A stretch of 63,907 nt of DNA, filler included, from Craspedostauros australis (GCA_030167865.1; 14 parts of 14 records of this genome joined end to end with filler, not necessarily neighbours in it); one strand, 5' to 3'; counted from the whole stretch's first letter, positions 30,452-42,648 are shown. Numbers and translations: made by a program. The notes: generated from the sequence alone by a model not told the origin.

Positions 30452-31523
30452 ACAATTCGGGAAGTGTGTTGTGCCTGTCATGATTGGTGGAATGCATTGG
30501 ACAGGTGTCGTTGTGCCTGATCTCGTCATCTCTCCTTGGTCGTACTTCCCGTTCCCTCATTGTCCGTAGCTCTTCCTGTCTCTTGTTTTGTGTCGCGCGT
30601 TGTGCGCCAACAACCGCCACAAACGGACTTCGTTGTTTGTCCGCAAGCACAAGAGTCTCTCCTGTTCTCATTTCATAATTCGGTGTCTGTGCTTCTCTGG
30701 ACAATATTGTTTGTCGTCAGACATGTCCGAACATAAAACATCGTGAACAACATGCCACCTGAATCCCGTGAACCAACAAAGAAAACAACAAATTTGGCGC
30801 GCAAACTTCGACGCAATTCGGATGTCAATCCCCTTCCCATCAACGAGCACGGCGTGACCGTGTTCAGTGTTGCCCTCTTTGATGTGGAGACGAGGAAAGT
30901 GGTCTTTCGTCGTTCCTGTGCAGAAAGCCAACACATTCGCACCGATAGTCGTACCACATTGTTCCACTTTCCCAGCGAAACGTGTGCAGCAACGACTGCG
31001 AAACAGCGCTTCGGGAGTGTTGCGGAAACAAGAGACCGCAAATTGCCCAAGGAGAGAAGGACTGCTAGTTTCGTTACTGTCCGCGAATCTCAATAAATCC
31101 CGGCCTCGACCCAAGGTAGCTCAACTTCGCTGCTGGAGACGGAGGTGGAAGTGGTGGTGGAGAGACGGGTCACCATCAGACACCTGAACTGATTGAGAAG
31201 TTCCTGGACTGCAGAGTGAGCCTCTTGCAAGTACGAGCTATGGAGGTGGGAGCCATTGGAAGGCTCAAAACTCACGGATGCTTTGAACGGGCATTTCTGT
31301 TTCATGACATGTGGTCACTGCACGTATCGTTCACTGCTTTCTTGCTTCCGGCGACATGGCCTGGCTTGTGCCGTTTCAGTCCATCATGATCAACAGAGGC
31401 AATTGATTGTCTTTCTCTGTGTTGTCATGGCTTGTTGTGGATTTCTATCGTCCCCCATTCTTGTGGCACAAGATCCATCCAACACGTTCGCAGAATCAAG
31501 TCACGATTGTGAATGAGGCTGTT
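30452..31523 (-). repeat. 1072-bp shared segment, copy 4 (inverted)
   Basis: Identical to 24643-25714 at offset 5809. Confidence 0.93.
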
Positions 31524-32235
31524 CATCCACAGAGTGAATGTTATGTGCCTTTCGGGGACACAATCCCTGAGATGGCCTGTTCTCAACCGGCTTGAAACCA
31601 CTTGTTGTTGAGAGCCAGGCAGGGCAGAGTAAATTAGTTGATCAATGCAATTTTTGAAGGGAACCAACTTCCGGAAGAAATTGTTGCAGCAAATAAACCA
31701 CGAATAAACAAATCAAAGACAAACAACAGACAGCAAAAACTACTAGTGAAACAACGAATGAATGACAACAAAGAGGATCGGCAAGATGACACGTCCGACC
31801 GGCCAAATGCCAATGGAAGCGTACGTCTGAGGAGGCATCAATAGCAACAAGTGTCAGGAATCGGGGGTACGACTTTGCAAAGATACCCTATTCTACCGCA
31901 GCTCCCATGAGGACTGACTGGAACAGGAATGGTATTAAGTGCAAAGATACCCATGATTGCCGCAACCCCCAATAGCACCTCCCAGACAAACCGCAACCTA
32001 GCAATCGACCAGTTGCACTCGGACAGCCCAATGGCCTTACCTGTCTTATGTGACATCCAAGCACCCTCATCCAGTGGCCTACTCGGCCATGTCCCAATAA
32101 CGGTCGGGAACCGAGAGATCTATGACGATGGCAACNNNNNNNNNNNNNNNNNNNNNNNNNNNNNNNNNNNNNNNNNNNNTTAATTAATTAANNNNNNNNN
32201 NNNNNNNNNNNNNNNNNNNNNNNNNNNNNNNNNNN

Positions 32236-32879
32236 TCCTGCTATCATTGTGTCACCATGTCCAGCCATCGCGATCACCGTCCACATCGGTCGCTCGCCAA
32301 CACAATCGAACTGCTGCTTCCCCATACTTGAGGACGCAGCCTGCAACCCCCAAGGTACAACACTTGCGAAGCAACAATCGCACCACAGCTCATTCAACGA
32401 ATCTCAGCGCCACATTTGATCCCGACACAACACCATCTCCTGAGACGCATGGCACAACTGTTGGAGTCGGGAACACCACGGTGGCCACTGCTGGAAAGAT
32501 GTCCAACGCCGAAGCAAGCACAGTAGATCCCGAACCCAGTGTCGGCAGCAGTGATGATTGCGAAGACGACGATAGCGACGATGACTTCGAAGACGACGAC
32601 GACGATGATGACGATGATGAGATGTTTGGTGGCGTCATCTTCCGTTTTGAACGACGCGAGTTGAAAGGATCGTCATCAGGCGGCAGAGGTGGATCGAGCT
32701 CTGGCAGAAACAAGGGAAGCGGAGGTTACACCACCACGGGAGGTAGATCCAGTACCAACAGCAACAGCCAAGACGGAAACGGGGGCGATTTGAGCACCAA
32801 AGAGATTTTCATCGTTGTTGGTATCGTGGTCGGTTCGCTGATCGGGGTCGCCTTTTGTGTTTGCTTCGCTGAGAAGTAG
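32236..32879 (+). CDS. 5'-truncated copy of the single-pass acidic/RXL protein (full copy at 37506-38183)
   Basis: 32236-33085 is the reverse complement of 37300-38149 (contig overlap). Confidence 0.65.
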
Positions 32880-33361
32880 CATGTACCACATCACTCCATC
32901 TTCCTTCCCCTCTCTTGCTGATGTACGAGACATATTACCATGCACACACACAGAGCAGACAATCGATTGAGTCGCGGGCCATTTTGAGCCAGTGCCTGTG
33001 GACCAACGCTTTGCCAATGGCATGTGCGTACGGCAATTGAATCCATTTCTCCTTACTCTATTCTATTCTAGTCCAATTCACAAAAAATGTATGCGTAGAT
33101 TCCATACGGATAATCGATGCCATCTGTCCCACCTGCCCGACACCTTCCTCCTTGTTGATGCAGATTTGTTGTGTTGGCCTCGACCTTTGTTCATAGACCC
33201 TGCGAGTTGTTCATCGCTCCACCATCGTTTCACGAATCATCGAGTCGTGTTTCGGTCTCCCGCCATCATCGATCTCCGCAACCAAAAGGTTCCACCTCCA
33301 TAGTCGTACTCCACCACAATCACCATCTCACCAAATACTGCCACTTCCACACAACTCCGAG

Positions 33362-35125
33362 ATGGGCGAGGGACTGCTGTGCATCAACGGATCGCTGAAT
33401 CAGCCGATGGCGATCTGCAAGAAGCTGGAAAGATGCTGCCAGCTCATCAGGCAGCCTCAAACGCGATCGCGGTTGTCGCCTTCATCATCATCATCTTCAT
33501 TTTCTTCTTTGAGTTCGGGATCATGGGATCATCTGCTTCTCTCTGCAGTGCACGTGGATGTTGCCATCGCATCATCGCTACGGTCGCTCTTGCTATGCCA
33601 GCGCCATTGGAAGCGCCTGTCCTTCACACACTGCACAGGCCACTTGATTTCGTTGCTGCAGTCTCTCGTCTTTGTCGCAAGTACAGATGGTGAACCCCAA
33701 ATTACGCAGAAGCGAATGGTGCAGAAGCCGCAGACGAGATTGAAGGACGACCCTTCGAAGACACCATCACTCACAGAAACATCGATTTCGGCGAGCTCGC
33801 GATCGTCCATCATCATCAAGGAGTTGGTGCTGGTGAATCCAACCCCATCCGTCGCGTGCTGCGTCGTGCGCAACTTCCGCCACCATCAGTCTCTGGTGCA
33901 CCTGGAATTGGCCGTCGAGCTATCGCATTCCATTGTGAATGCCTTTGCCGAAAGCTTGCAGAGTCATTCAGCGCAATGCATGAAACAGATTCAGCACAGC
34001 GACGTGCAAGCGATGGCATCCAACAACTTGATTCCGTTGCGGTCGTTGGATCTCTCCGCCAGCAACCTGCCACGATGCAACCCAGACGATCGGACCGCCA
34101 TCGTGTCCAAGCTGGCAGCGGCTATCGCTCATCTTACTCAATTGCAGAGCCTGAGGTTATCCCATTGCGGCTTGGATGATGAGCATATGGCGCATCTGCT
34201 AACATCCGGAGTTTCTCGGTTGGAACACCTGCTATACCTGTATTTAGACAACAACTTAATCGGTCCCAAGAGCACTCATGCCATCGCGGATATTCTGAGC
34301 GGCAACCAACAATCATCGGCGCAGTCGTCCTGTGCGCTGCCATCCCTTCTCCATCTCAATCTGCACAATCAGGACGTGTGGGACGATCGGGGCTACTACG
34401 CCATCTTCTTCCGCGCCTTGTCCCACAACATCTCGTTGCAGCACTTGAATCTGGCCGGCAACTTTCTGCACGACGGATTGGCGCAATCGATGGCAACATC
34501 CTTGGTCTGCAACACCAGCCTCGAGGAACTCATCCTCTCCGACAATCTCCTGGGCGACGCATTCGCACACACCCTCGGTCACTCTATGCAACAAATACAA
34601 GGATTGGAATCATTGCATTTGATGTTCAACTCGAGGCTCAGCAAGGATCTCGGATGGGCGGCGCTAGCGCAAGGTATGCGCCAGAACTGGTCCCTTTGCC
34701 GCGTCTTGCTACACGAGATAGACAGCGCCGGACATGAAGAGCGGTCTTGCTGCCGTTGCGAATTGGCATACGATCGTGATGTTCTCGAAGCGTACACGGC
34801 GATTCGGTACTACGCCCATCTGAATCGATGCGGGCGGCGGGCCATGCTCGATGGTGGACCGGCGCAACATATTGCTGATGTAACACAGTCACTGGCCACC
34901 TCGCTGGGCACTCGCTTGCCTGTTTCCCGGGATGCCAACTCCCTGCCATCCTCGTTATGGCCACACATTTTTGCGTATGCCGGTTCAGCTGAGAACCGCA
35001 TCCTCGCGCTGTGCTTGAAAGAAGTTGGTATTGAAGTTGAGAAAGCGGAGGAACAACAGCAGCTCCTCCAAGCGAATGTGCTCTTCTACTTCCTCCGAGA
35101 GAGATTTTTCCATGCCGATGGATGA
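33362..35125 (+). CDS. Leucine-rich repeat protein (ribonuclease-inhibitor/NLRC3-like, diatom-type C-terminus)
   Basis: LRSLDLSASNL, LQSLRLSHCGL, LYLYLDNNLIG, LQHLNLAGNFL, LEELILSDNLLGD. C-terminal LNRCGRR...LWPHIF...LFYFLRE. 5' structure uncertain. Confidence 0.8.
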   Translation: MGEGLLCINGSLNQPMAICKKLERCCQLIRQPQTRSRLSPSSSSSSFSSLSSGSWDHLLLSAVHVDVAIASSLRSLLLCQRHWKRLSFTHCTGHLISLLQSLVFVASTDGEPQITQKRMVQKPQTRLKDDPSKTPSLTETSISASSRSSIIIKELVLVNPTPSVACCVVRNFRHHQSLVHLELAVELSHSIVNAFAESLQSHSAQCMKQIQHSDVQAMASNNLIPLRSLDLSASNLPRCNPDDRTAIVSKLAAAIAHLTQLQSLRLSHCGLDDEHMAHLLTSGVSRLEHLLYLYLDNNLIGPKSTHAIADILSGNQQSSAQSSCALPSLLHLNLHNQDVWDDRGYYAIFFRALSHNISLQHLNLAGNFLHDGLAQSMATSLVCNTSLEELILSDNLLGDAFAHTLGHSMQQIQGLESLHLMFNSRLSKDLGWAALAQGMRQNWSLCRVLLHEIDSAGHEERSCCRCELAYDRDVLEAYTAIRYYAHLNRCGRRAMLDGGPAQHIADVTQSLATSLGTRLPVSRDANSLPSSLWPHIFAYAGSAENRILALCLKEVGIEVEKAEEQQQLLQANVLFYFLRERFFHADG

Positions 35126-35486
35126 AACGTGACCAGTGAGCTTACAGTCACAACGCCCACTCTCCTCATGGTGATCTGCGTGGGATGGATCAATAGTGAG
35201 AGAATAGTGTACACTAAATTGATTTGTACTGTTTTGAACGAGTGCATTATGCTGCACCTTCATGCATTCGTGTGTGTCGTTAACGCCATCCCATAACCGA
35301 CATTCCCTCTGCCGTAGAGAGCGCAGTGTGCAGACGTCCCAAGGTGTGGCCTCTCGTCTCTATGCATTGCTGTGAACTGGATGTGAGTGGTTTCCGATGT
35401 TTTATTTGCATTGATGAAGACCACGATGGTTGGAGTGGAGGGAAGCCGAAAGAGCCACTCTACTCAAACGAGGGTGCAGTGTCATT

Positions 35487-37169
35487 CTAGACGGAATCGC
35501 CTGCATCCGGTTTGGCGTCCGCGTCTGCGTCCGCATCTGCGTCGACAGCAGCGATAGCATCGATCTCGGATGCTGCTTGTTGCGGGGAGTTCTCCTCGAT
35601 CTGAGACAAACGGAGAGAGAAGCGACGGGACAGACGTTCCGCCATCAACACGCGATCGTCGCGAGCATTGTCGTATTCCTCGTGGCACTGCGGGTTTGAA
35701 AAATGGATGATGATGATGATGATGAATGGACGATAATAACGTGTCAGTGCATGGGTGGTTGGATGAGTGACAAAGGCGTAATGCCATGAAGAATGATGCG
35801 GGGTTGAATGGGCCATTTGTTGCACCTTGTAAATGCGACGCACGCATCATAACACAGCACAGTACAGCAGAGCATAGAACAGAACAGCGCCACGTCGAAC
35901 ACATCATCGAACTCACTTGACCCATGAAGGCGCAGAACTCAAGAAAGTCCACATATCCGCTACCATCAGCATCCATCACCGCCCACAGCGCCTCGAAGTC
36001 ATGGCGGTTCATCTCGACCGCCTTCCCAGAGCTCAAAAACTCCCACATGCCTTCTTTTGTGATGTTTCCCACTGAGCTCGCACGCCGGTTGCTGCTGTCG
36101 GCTGCGGTAGTTTGAGCATCGATCTTCTGGAACTCGCGAGCCAATGCGGCGGCGTCCATGCGCCTGGCTGGAACGCGGATGCTCATGGTCTGTGCGACAC
36201 GAGTAGCGAAGATGGTGCGGTATCGTTTTGCTTGTTGCTTGTTGTAGACGTATATTCCGACGGAGACTGCGATGAGGAAGACGAGTACGCCGCCGATTGT
36301 GAATCCAGCGATGACACCTGGTTTGACGGGCGTGGTTGGCTCTTGGTATGGGTCTGTGGCGCAATTTGGATCGAACTGCATAGGCGAAGAAGTGAAGATC
36401 ATTGGATGAGTGAGTGAGCGAGCAAGAAAAGGAACGTAACGAACCACCAAAAATGCCACACCATTACTTCGCAACCACCACAGATCCATGCATTTGACAG
36501 CAATCAATCCATGCCTATTCGTGATCGTGCTCGTACCTTGCACCATTCCTCCTCGCCAGGAAAAGAGCCGGACAGAGATGAATCCACCATCGGCACGCTA
36601 ACACGGGCTGATTCTGGCACCATGAACTGCTGGTATGTGGCCGCGATGCCTTCGACGAACTCCTGTTCGCTGATGCGTTGATTGGTGCACCCCTGCGAGG
36701 TTGTGTGCTGGAAGTTTTCGTAGATCGATGCCAACTCGCGAACGGTATCGCAATCTTTCTTGAGGCAGGTTTGACTCGTCGTGAGAAAGGTGCCAGGCGT
36801 GACGTCGCGGATCGTCTTGGCGAAGAGCGTGTCGTTTCCAACTTGGTACGTCACCGTCACTTCATCATCCGTGAACAGGCCATCCGTGGTATTGCTATTC
36901 GCCTGGTATGGCAAGGTGATGAACCTCCCATCCAGCTCGAAGGTCGATGTTGAATACACATCGAAGCCTCGCGAGATTCCAAAAGGAGCACCTCCAGGAG
37001 CAAGAACAGGAGGGAAAATATTGTATCGATGAGAGTAGCTTCTGGTTCCAGCTGCCGTGAAATTGGTGAAGATTTTGTACGGAAATGTGCCGAATGCCAA
37101 CAGTCCAACACCGGGATGTTGTTTCCCAGCAGTGGACTCGCCTGGTTTGGACGAGGACGCTGCTTGGCT
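35487..37169 (-). CDS. Single-pass membrane protein with C-terminal EF-hands, 5'-truncated; exons ~37169-36537, 36375-35917 and 35687-35487
   Basis: GT-AG splicing joins EWCK|FDPNC and FMGQ|CHEEY in frame. TM VIAGFTIGGVLVFLIAVSVGIYV; EF-hand MDADGSGYVDFLEF. Confidence 0.8.
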
Positions 37170-37505
37170 CTGGTGACAACTAGCAACTTAGGAATGCATN
37201 NNNNNNNNNNNNNNNNNNNNNNNNNNNNNNNNNNNNNNNNNNNTTAATTAATTAANNNNNNNNNNNNNNNNNNNNNNNNNNNNNNNNNNNNNNNNNNNNT
37301 TTTGTGAATTGGACTAGAATAGAATAGAGTAAGGAGAAATGGATTCAATTGCCGTACGCACATGCCATTGGCAAAGCGTTGGTCCACAGGCACTGGCTCA
37401 AAATGGCCCGCGACTCAATCGATTGTCTGCTCTGTGTGTGTGCATGGTAATATGTCTCGTACATCAGCAAGAGAGGGGAAGGAAGATGGAGTGATGTGGT
37501 ACATG

Positions 37506-38183
37506 CTACTTCTCAGCGAAGCAAACACAAAAGGCGACCCCGATCAGCGAACCGACCACGATACCAACAACGATGAAAATCTCTTTGGTGCTCAAATCGC
37601 CCCCGTTTCCGTCTTGGCTGTTGCTGTTGGTACTGGATCTACCTCCCGTGGTGGTGTAACCTCCGCTTCCCTTGTTTCTGCCAGAGCTCGATCCACCTCT
37701 GCCGCCTGATGACGATCCTTTCAACTCGCGTCGTTCAAAACGGAAGATGACGCCACCAAACATCTCATCATCGTCATCATCGTCGTCGTCGTCTTCGAAG
37801 TCATCGTCGCTATCGTCGTCTTCGCAATCATCACTGCTGCCGACACTGGGTTCGGGATCTACTGTGCTTGCTTCGGCGTTGGACATCTTTCCAGCAGTGG
37901 CCACCGTGGTGTTCCCGACTCCAACAGTTGTGCCATGCGTCTCAGGAGATGGTGTTGTGTCGGGATCAAATGTGGCGCTGAGATTCGTTGAATGAGCTGT
38001 GGTGCGATTGTTGCTTCGCAAGTGTTGTACCTTGGGGGTTGCAGGCTGCGTCCTCAAGTATGGGGAAGCAGCAGTTCGATTGTGTTGGCGAGCGACCGAT
38101 GTGGACGGTGATCGCGATGGCTGGACATGGTGACACAATGATAGCAGGAGGACTGCTGAGGCGAAGAGTCGACGGAGAAGCAT
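37506..38183 (-). CDS. Secreted/single-pass protein: signal peptide, S/T-rich region, poly-Asp, RREL, G/S-rich region, C-terminal TM
   Basis: 225-aa ORF starting MLLRRLFASAVLLLSL with TM IFIVVGIVVGSLIGVAFCVCF. Confidence 0.7.
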   Translation of the reverse strand: MLLRRLFASAVLLLSLCHHVQPSRSPSTSVARQHNRTAASPYLRTQPATPKVQHLRSNNRTTAHSTNLSATFDPDTTPSPETHGTTVGVGNTTVATAGKMSNAEASTVDPEPSVGSSDDCEDDDSDDDFEDDDDDDDDDEMFGGVIFRFERRELKGSSSGGRGGSSSGRNKGSGGYTTTGGRSSTNSNSQDGNGGDLSTKEIFIVVGIVVGSLIGVAFCVCFAEK

Positions 38184-38936
38184 GATAATTTTTAGGTTGG
38201 CTTTGGCGGTGGGGTCTTGTCTTGTTGCGTTGAGTGTTTGCTATTCCAGTTGCTTGTTGAATGCTGGATGAATGAGTATGCTTTGTTTGCCCTGGTTAAA
38301 CGTTGTGGATGGCTTGATTTTGTGAGCAGATTGATGTCAATCGAGAATGGTGGTGTGTCCACAAGAGTTCTGTTCTTTGTTCGTGATGTCATCCGAGTCG
38401 TGATCACAAGAATCTGAAACCAAACACGACTTGAGATGGTGGTTCAAGTTGGCTCGTTTTGGTTGGTGGTTGGTGGTTGGAGGATCTTCCATTACCTATA
38501 CTTGGGTTGACGACGACCAGACGGTGCGGTGAAGTTCATACGAAGTTGGCAGACGTGTAGTCATAGTGATCTTCGACAACACGAACAGCCGCCAGCGAGC
38601 CGACGCTCTGCGGCCGCGATCTCCATCCAATCATTCCGCTGGATGTCAAGTTGCAGTTTCTATGATTGGCCGATTGCAGTCTGTTGATTTATGCTGTAGT
38701 CTATTGTGTGCTGTATGTTGTGTTGTATTCTATTGCGTGTATTGTATTGTATTCTATTGTATTCTATGTTCTATGGTGTATGGGGTGCTGTATGGTTGCT
38801 GTGTATATGATTGCTGTATTGGTGTTGGTGCTCGGTCGTGATGAGATTCACTTCCTTGCGTGAAAAATTGTGTGCGGAGATGTGCGAGGATGCGTGAGGA
38901 TTCACAACAAGCCTCGTCGTGCTGCAGCGCATTTGT

Positions 38937-39320
38937 TTATGCCATGACACTGTCATCAGAAGACTGAAGACGAGCCATGAAGAGGTCGGTCATGCGGTTG
39001 CCGCCCTGAAGCTTCGCAGACTTCACGATGCTTGACACATCCTTGTCCCAGATCTCCTCGTAAGACTTGATCAGTCCGGACACTGGGCAGCGCTTCATGA
39101 CGACGGTTCCGCTCAGGAAGCACTTGGGCGAGAATGGACCGCGGAATGTCAAGTCTTCTTCGAAGCGGAAGGTCACGGCGTGCTTGGTCACCGAAAGGGT
39201 GTCCTCGATGAGTCGCGACTCGCATTCAGCTGCGTTGAAGAGCATGCGGCAGCCGCGGACCCATTGCTCGCGGTAGTACTTGCCGTCGAGGTCGGATCCG
39301 TCCTTGAAGGTGGCCTGCTC
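38937..39320 (-). CDS. NTF2/SnoaL-like (DUF2358-like) protein, 5'-truncated
   Basis: Frame open from the gap: ATFKDGSDLDG...FLSGTVVMKR...GLIKSYEEIWD. Confidence 0.6.
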   Translation of the reverse strand, partial: EQATFKDGSDLDGKYYREQWVRGCRMLFNAAECESRLIEDTLSVTKHAVTFRFEEDLTFRGPFSPKCFLSGTVVMKRCPVSGLIKSYEEIWDKDVSSIVKSAKLQGGNRMTDLFMARLQSSDDSVMA

Positions 39321-40984
39321 NNNNNNNNNNNNNNNNNNNNNNNNNNNNNNNNNNNNNNNNNNNNTTAATTAATTAANNNNNNNNNNNNNNNNNNNNNNNN
39401 NNNNNNNNNNNNNNNNNNNNGTTTCAATGTGTCCATCAATGAGAACCGCGACAGTCACAACAACGAAACGAAATTGTCCTGTTATCACGAAGCGGAGTTA
39501 AACTCTTGGTGGCGGAATCGGCGAACTTTCAGAACCAGAAACCAACAAAGTAAGCGGTGGAGGCCACCAACCGACAGAATTGTCAGTCGAAAGCGTGTTC
39601 AGCACCATCAGCCTTTGTTCATCGGCCACTTCCTTGTTCTCTGTTCTGTACTTCTGTGGTTCTGTCCCCCTGTCCCCATGCTATCACTACAAATTCCGTG
39701 CCATGGATACGAACCATGACAAAGAACAAAGCAGGGTGGAGCAGAGCAGAGTCGTGTAGAGTAGAGTTGTGTGGTACCATCGCACAGAATCCTCCTCTCA
39801 CATTTTGGCATCCTCATCTTGGTGTCTGCAGTTGCACCGTCCAATAACTCCGCATGGAGCGGCATCACATCCACTTTCCTGGGAGAATGCATCTTTCTGG
39901 TCAAACATACTTCCTGGCTTCTTTACGCCCTTCGTTGTCTGCCGATGGTATCAGGCAGCTGCGTCCGTCTTCCTTCCCACTTTCCTCCTTGTCTCACCCT
40001 CCCTACCTTCCTGATCCTCACCACTTTCCTCTCATTCCTCCATCCTTCCCACGCAGTCGCCAATCCACATACACGACGGAATTCACGGCACCGGAACAGC
40101 AGGCAGACACTTCTGGCATCACTGACATGTTCCTCCGGAATGGAGCTGAAACAGGGGCTTGTATGACCATGATGATGCGATAAAGCAGAACAGAACGGGG
40201 CAGAACAGAGCATGGTGCGAGCAGAAGTGAGAGTGGAGTATACCTGCGGACTGTTGTATCACCGTCACTGTTGCTTCCGTTGCCTCCGCCACATCGGCTT
40301 CACGAACAGGAGCAATCACGTCCCTCGCCAGTTGGATGGATGATCGGACTCGCTGATCAAGATGGTTGGACTTGGTCGACGAGGTTCGTGTGATTCAGGT
40401 GTGACGTGTGTGATGTGCGTGACTACGGGTACTGGCATTATGGTCAGCATGGTCAGCACGGAGCGCAAATGCAACGATTCGACTTTTTGAAGATGGTATC
40501 AATGACTCCAAACATACATGTTGCTCTATGTGAGAGTATTTGCAAGCATTGTACCCGCATAATCCAACGTTTCCCTCCAATGGGCCGGTATGTTGCACTC
40601 GCGAGTGAGTGGATGTGTGGATGTGTGAATGTGTGAGCGTTGGTGCCAGTACAACCATCTGCCGGAGTCAGCCGGAGTCAGCCGGAGTCAGCCAGAATCC
40701 AATTGAGATGTTGATCGTGTGGATTGTGATTGCGTTGGCGTTTCAGGATCAGTCGAACTGGGCGCCAGGGAACAAGGTTAGGCAGCAAATGCGTTTTGCG
40801 GTTCGTGATGATGGTTCCTTTTGTTGACTTGTGTGATGTTGTGAGCAATCTCATCCAATCGCTCTCGATCTGGTCCAATCGCTCNNNNNNNNNNNNNNNN
40901 NNNNNNNNNNNNNNNNNNNNNNNNNNNNTTAATTAATTAANNNNNNNNNNNNNNNNNNNNNNNNNNNNNNNNNNNNNNNNNNNN

Positions 40985-42541
40985 AACGGGTAGTAGCCGT
41001 TCACCGGAGAGTCGCTCTACTTCCGGCCGGCGAGAATAAAATCCTGGAACAGGATCTGCGCCGTGCGCTCATCATCGCTGCCACTGTCGCCGTCGTCGCT
41101 CGCCGAGTCACGCCCATGATGGACAAGTGCGATAGCCCTGGCAACGGTGCTTGCACGCTCGCTGGAGTAGACCTCTTTGTACGTCTTGAGAACCTTCGCA
41201 GCAAGGTCAGGCTCGGACTCACGGAGCTCCGCGAAACGCAGATCACGCGCCCATGGAAGGCAGCTGCGCGCATGATGTCCCTTGCGGTGGCATGCGGAAC
41301 AGAATGCATCCTTGTCGGGTTGGTAGAACTCGGATCGCTTGCGCTCGCCACGCTTACCATCACCACCAGACTTCCCAGACGAACGTGTTTGCACACGGTG
41401 GCCAACATTGGACGTCGCGGTAGTGGGATCACCTCTGATGGTACGGGCAAGAGCCGACACATGTAGGTGGGTAGGTACGCGCTTGTTGCCTGGCACCAGG
41501 GACAGGGAAGTGATATGGTGTTCCACAGGCATGTGGTGGGAGCGAAGACCTTCGAGGAATCGGCGGGAGAGCTCCACGTCAGTGATCGTGCGACGGTGAA
41601 CGACACTCTCGGTCTGCTGGAACTCCAACAACGCCGTGGCAAACTTGATGACATCTTGTGAATCGCCATACTCAGGCGCTTGGCTCACGGTGTTGGCAAC
41701 ACGCATGTATGCGTCGGAGAGCACTTGATGAAGGAAAAGGAAGGACGACAAGTGATGTGGCGACATGCCAAAGGTCCCAGAATAGAATAGGGAGATGGCA
41801 GGGTCGCTCAGATCGAGGATGTCCTTCTGCTGTAACTTCTTGTTGAGCCACTCGCCGGCGCGGATGACACGCTCGCGTGAAGCGTTGCGCGGAATGATGG
41901 AGCACTGCGGACTGAACGCGGAAAGTGGACAGATGTGGATATCCACACCAGCAGCCTCGGCTTGGAGCTGTGTGTACCACTTGAGCACTCCAGCGGGCGC
42001 GTCTCCAGCAAGCTTCAGCTCCCAGCGCTGCCAGTAGCCAATGGCGGCGTACGAGGGCTCCGTGACCATGGGGACCTCCTCAAAGTGAAAATGAGGAAGA
42101 GTGGCAGGGTTGTTGCGCGCCATGGCGTAGGTAAGGCCAGAGCCGGTGATGAAGTCGACGGCATGCGCTGGCTCGTCACCAACATCAAGAGGAGCATCGC
42201 TGGTGCCAATACCACGGCCTGCGGCTGCGACGGGTGTGTCACCGCGGGGAGTAGAGGTATCACCATGCTCGGAGAGACGGGCATCGTCGGTGGCACCGCC
42301 AGATGCAAGGGTACCATGGTCCTCAGGAGGAGGCTTGTCGCGAATAGCGGGAGGCTTTTTGGCCTTGCCGAATGCGCGGAGCACGGGGCGTTCCAGTGTG
42401 GTGAACCACGCGTCGAAATCAGGGTTCGCTTCCGCGTATGCGCGAAGATTGCGGAGTCCGAAACAACGAGTGATGGAGCCAGACTTCCAGCCGTCCAAGA
42501 CAGCCTCGAACTCCTCTTCAGAGGTATCGAGGAAGTCAGCG
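40985..42541 (-). mobile_element. gag: LTR retrotransposon internal fragment: Gag-like ORF (41017->42541) with CCHC zinc knuckle
   Basis: CSACHRKGHHARSC fits CX2CX4HX4C near the C-terminus, preceded by capsid-like RRFLEGL. The ORF fills an isolated contig and is followed by a candidate frameshift signal. Confidence 0.7.
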
Positions 42542-42648
42542 NNNNNNNNNNNNNNNNNNNNNNNNNNNNNNNNNNNNNNNNNNNNTTAATTAATTAANNN
42601 NNNNNNNNNNNNNNNNNNNNNNNNNNNNNNNNNNNNNNNNNGTCGATC

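Noticed and set aside
20454..31523. Four-copy 1072-bp segment as a MITE or other transposon
   Set aside because: All copies start at contig ends, there are no TIRs or TSDs, and homology extends past its edges. It fits a shared node in a two-in/two-out assembly graph.
32236..38149. 850-bp inverted repeat (32236-33085 vs 37300-38149)
   Set aside because: Overlap between the ends of two separate contigs.
38690..38830. TATTG/TGTAT-rich degenerate repeat
   Set aside because: Ordinary low-complexity intergenic sequence; not telomeric or CRISPR-like.
39421..40884. Contig 8 short ORFs and possible small exons
   Set aside because: No coherent gene model or motif could be built.
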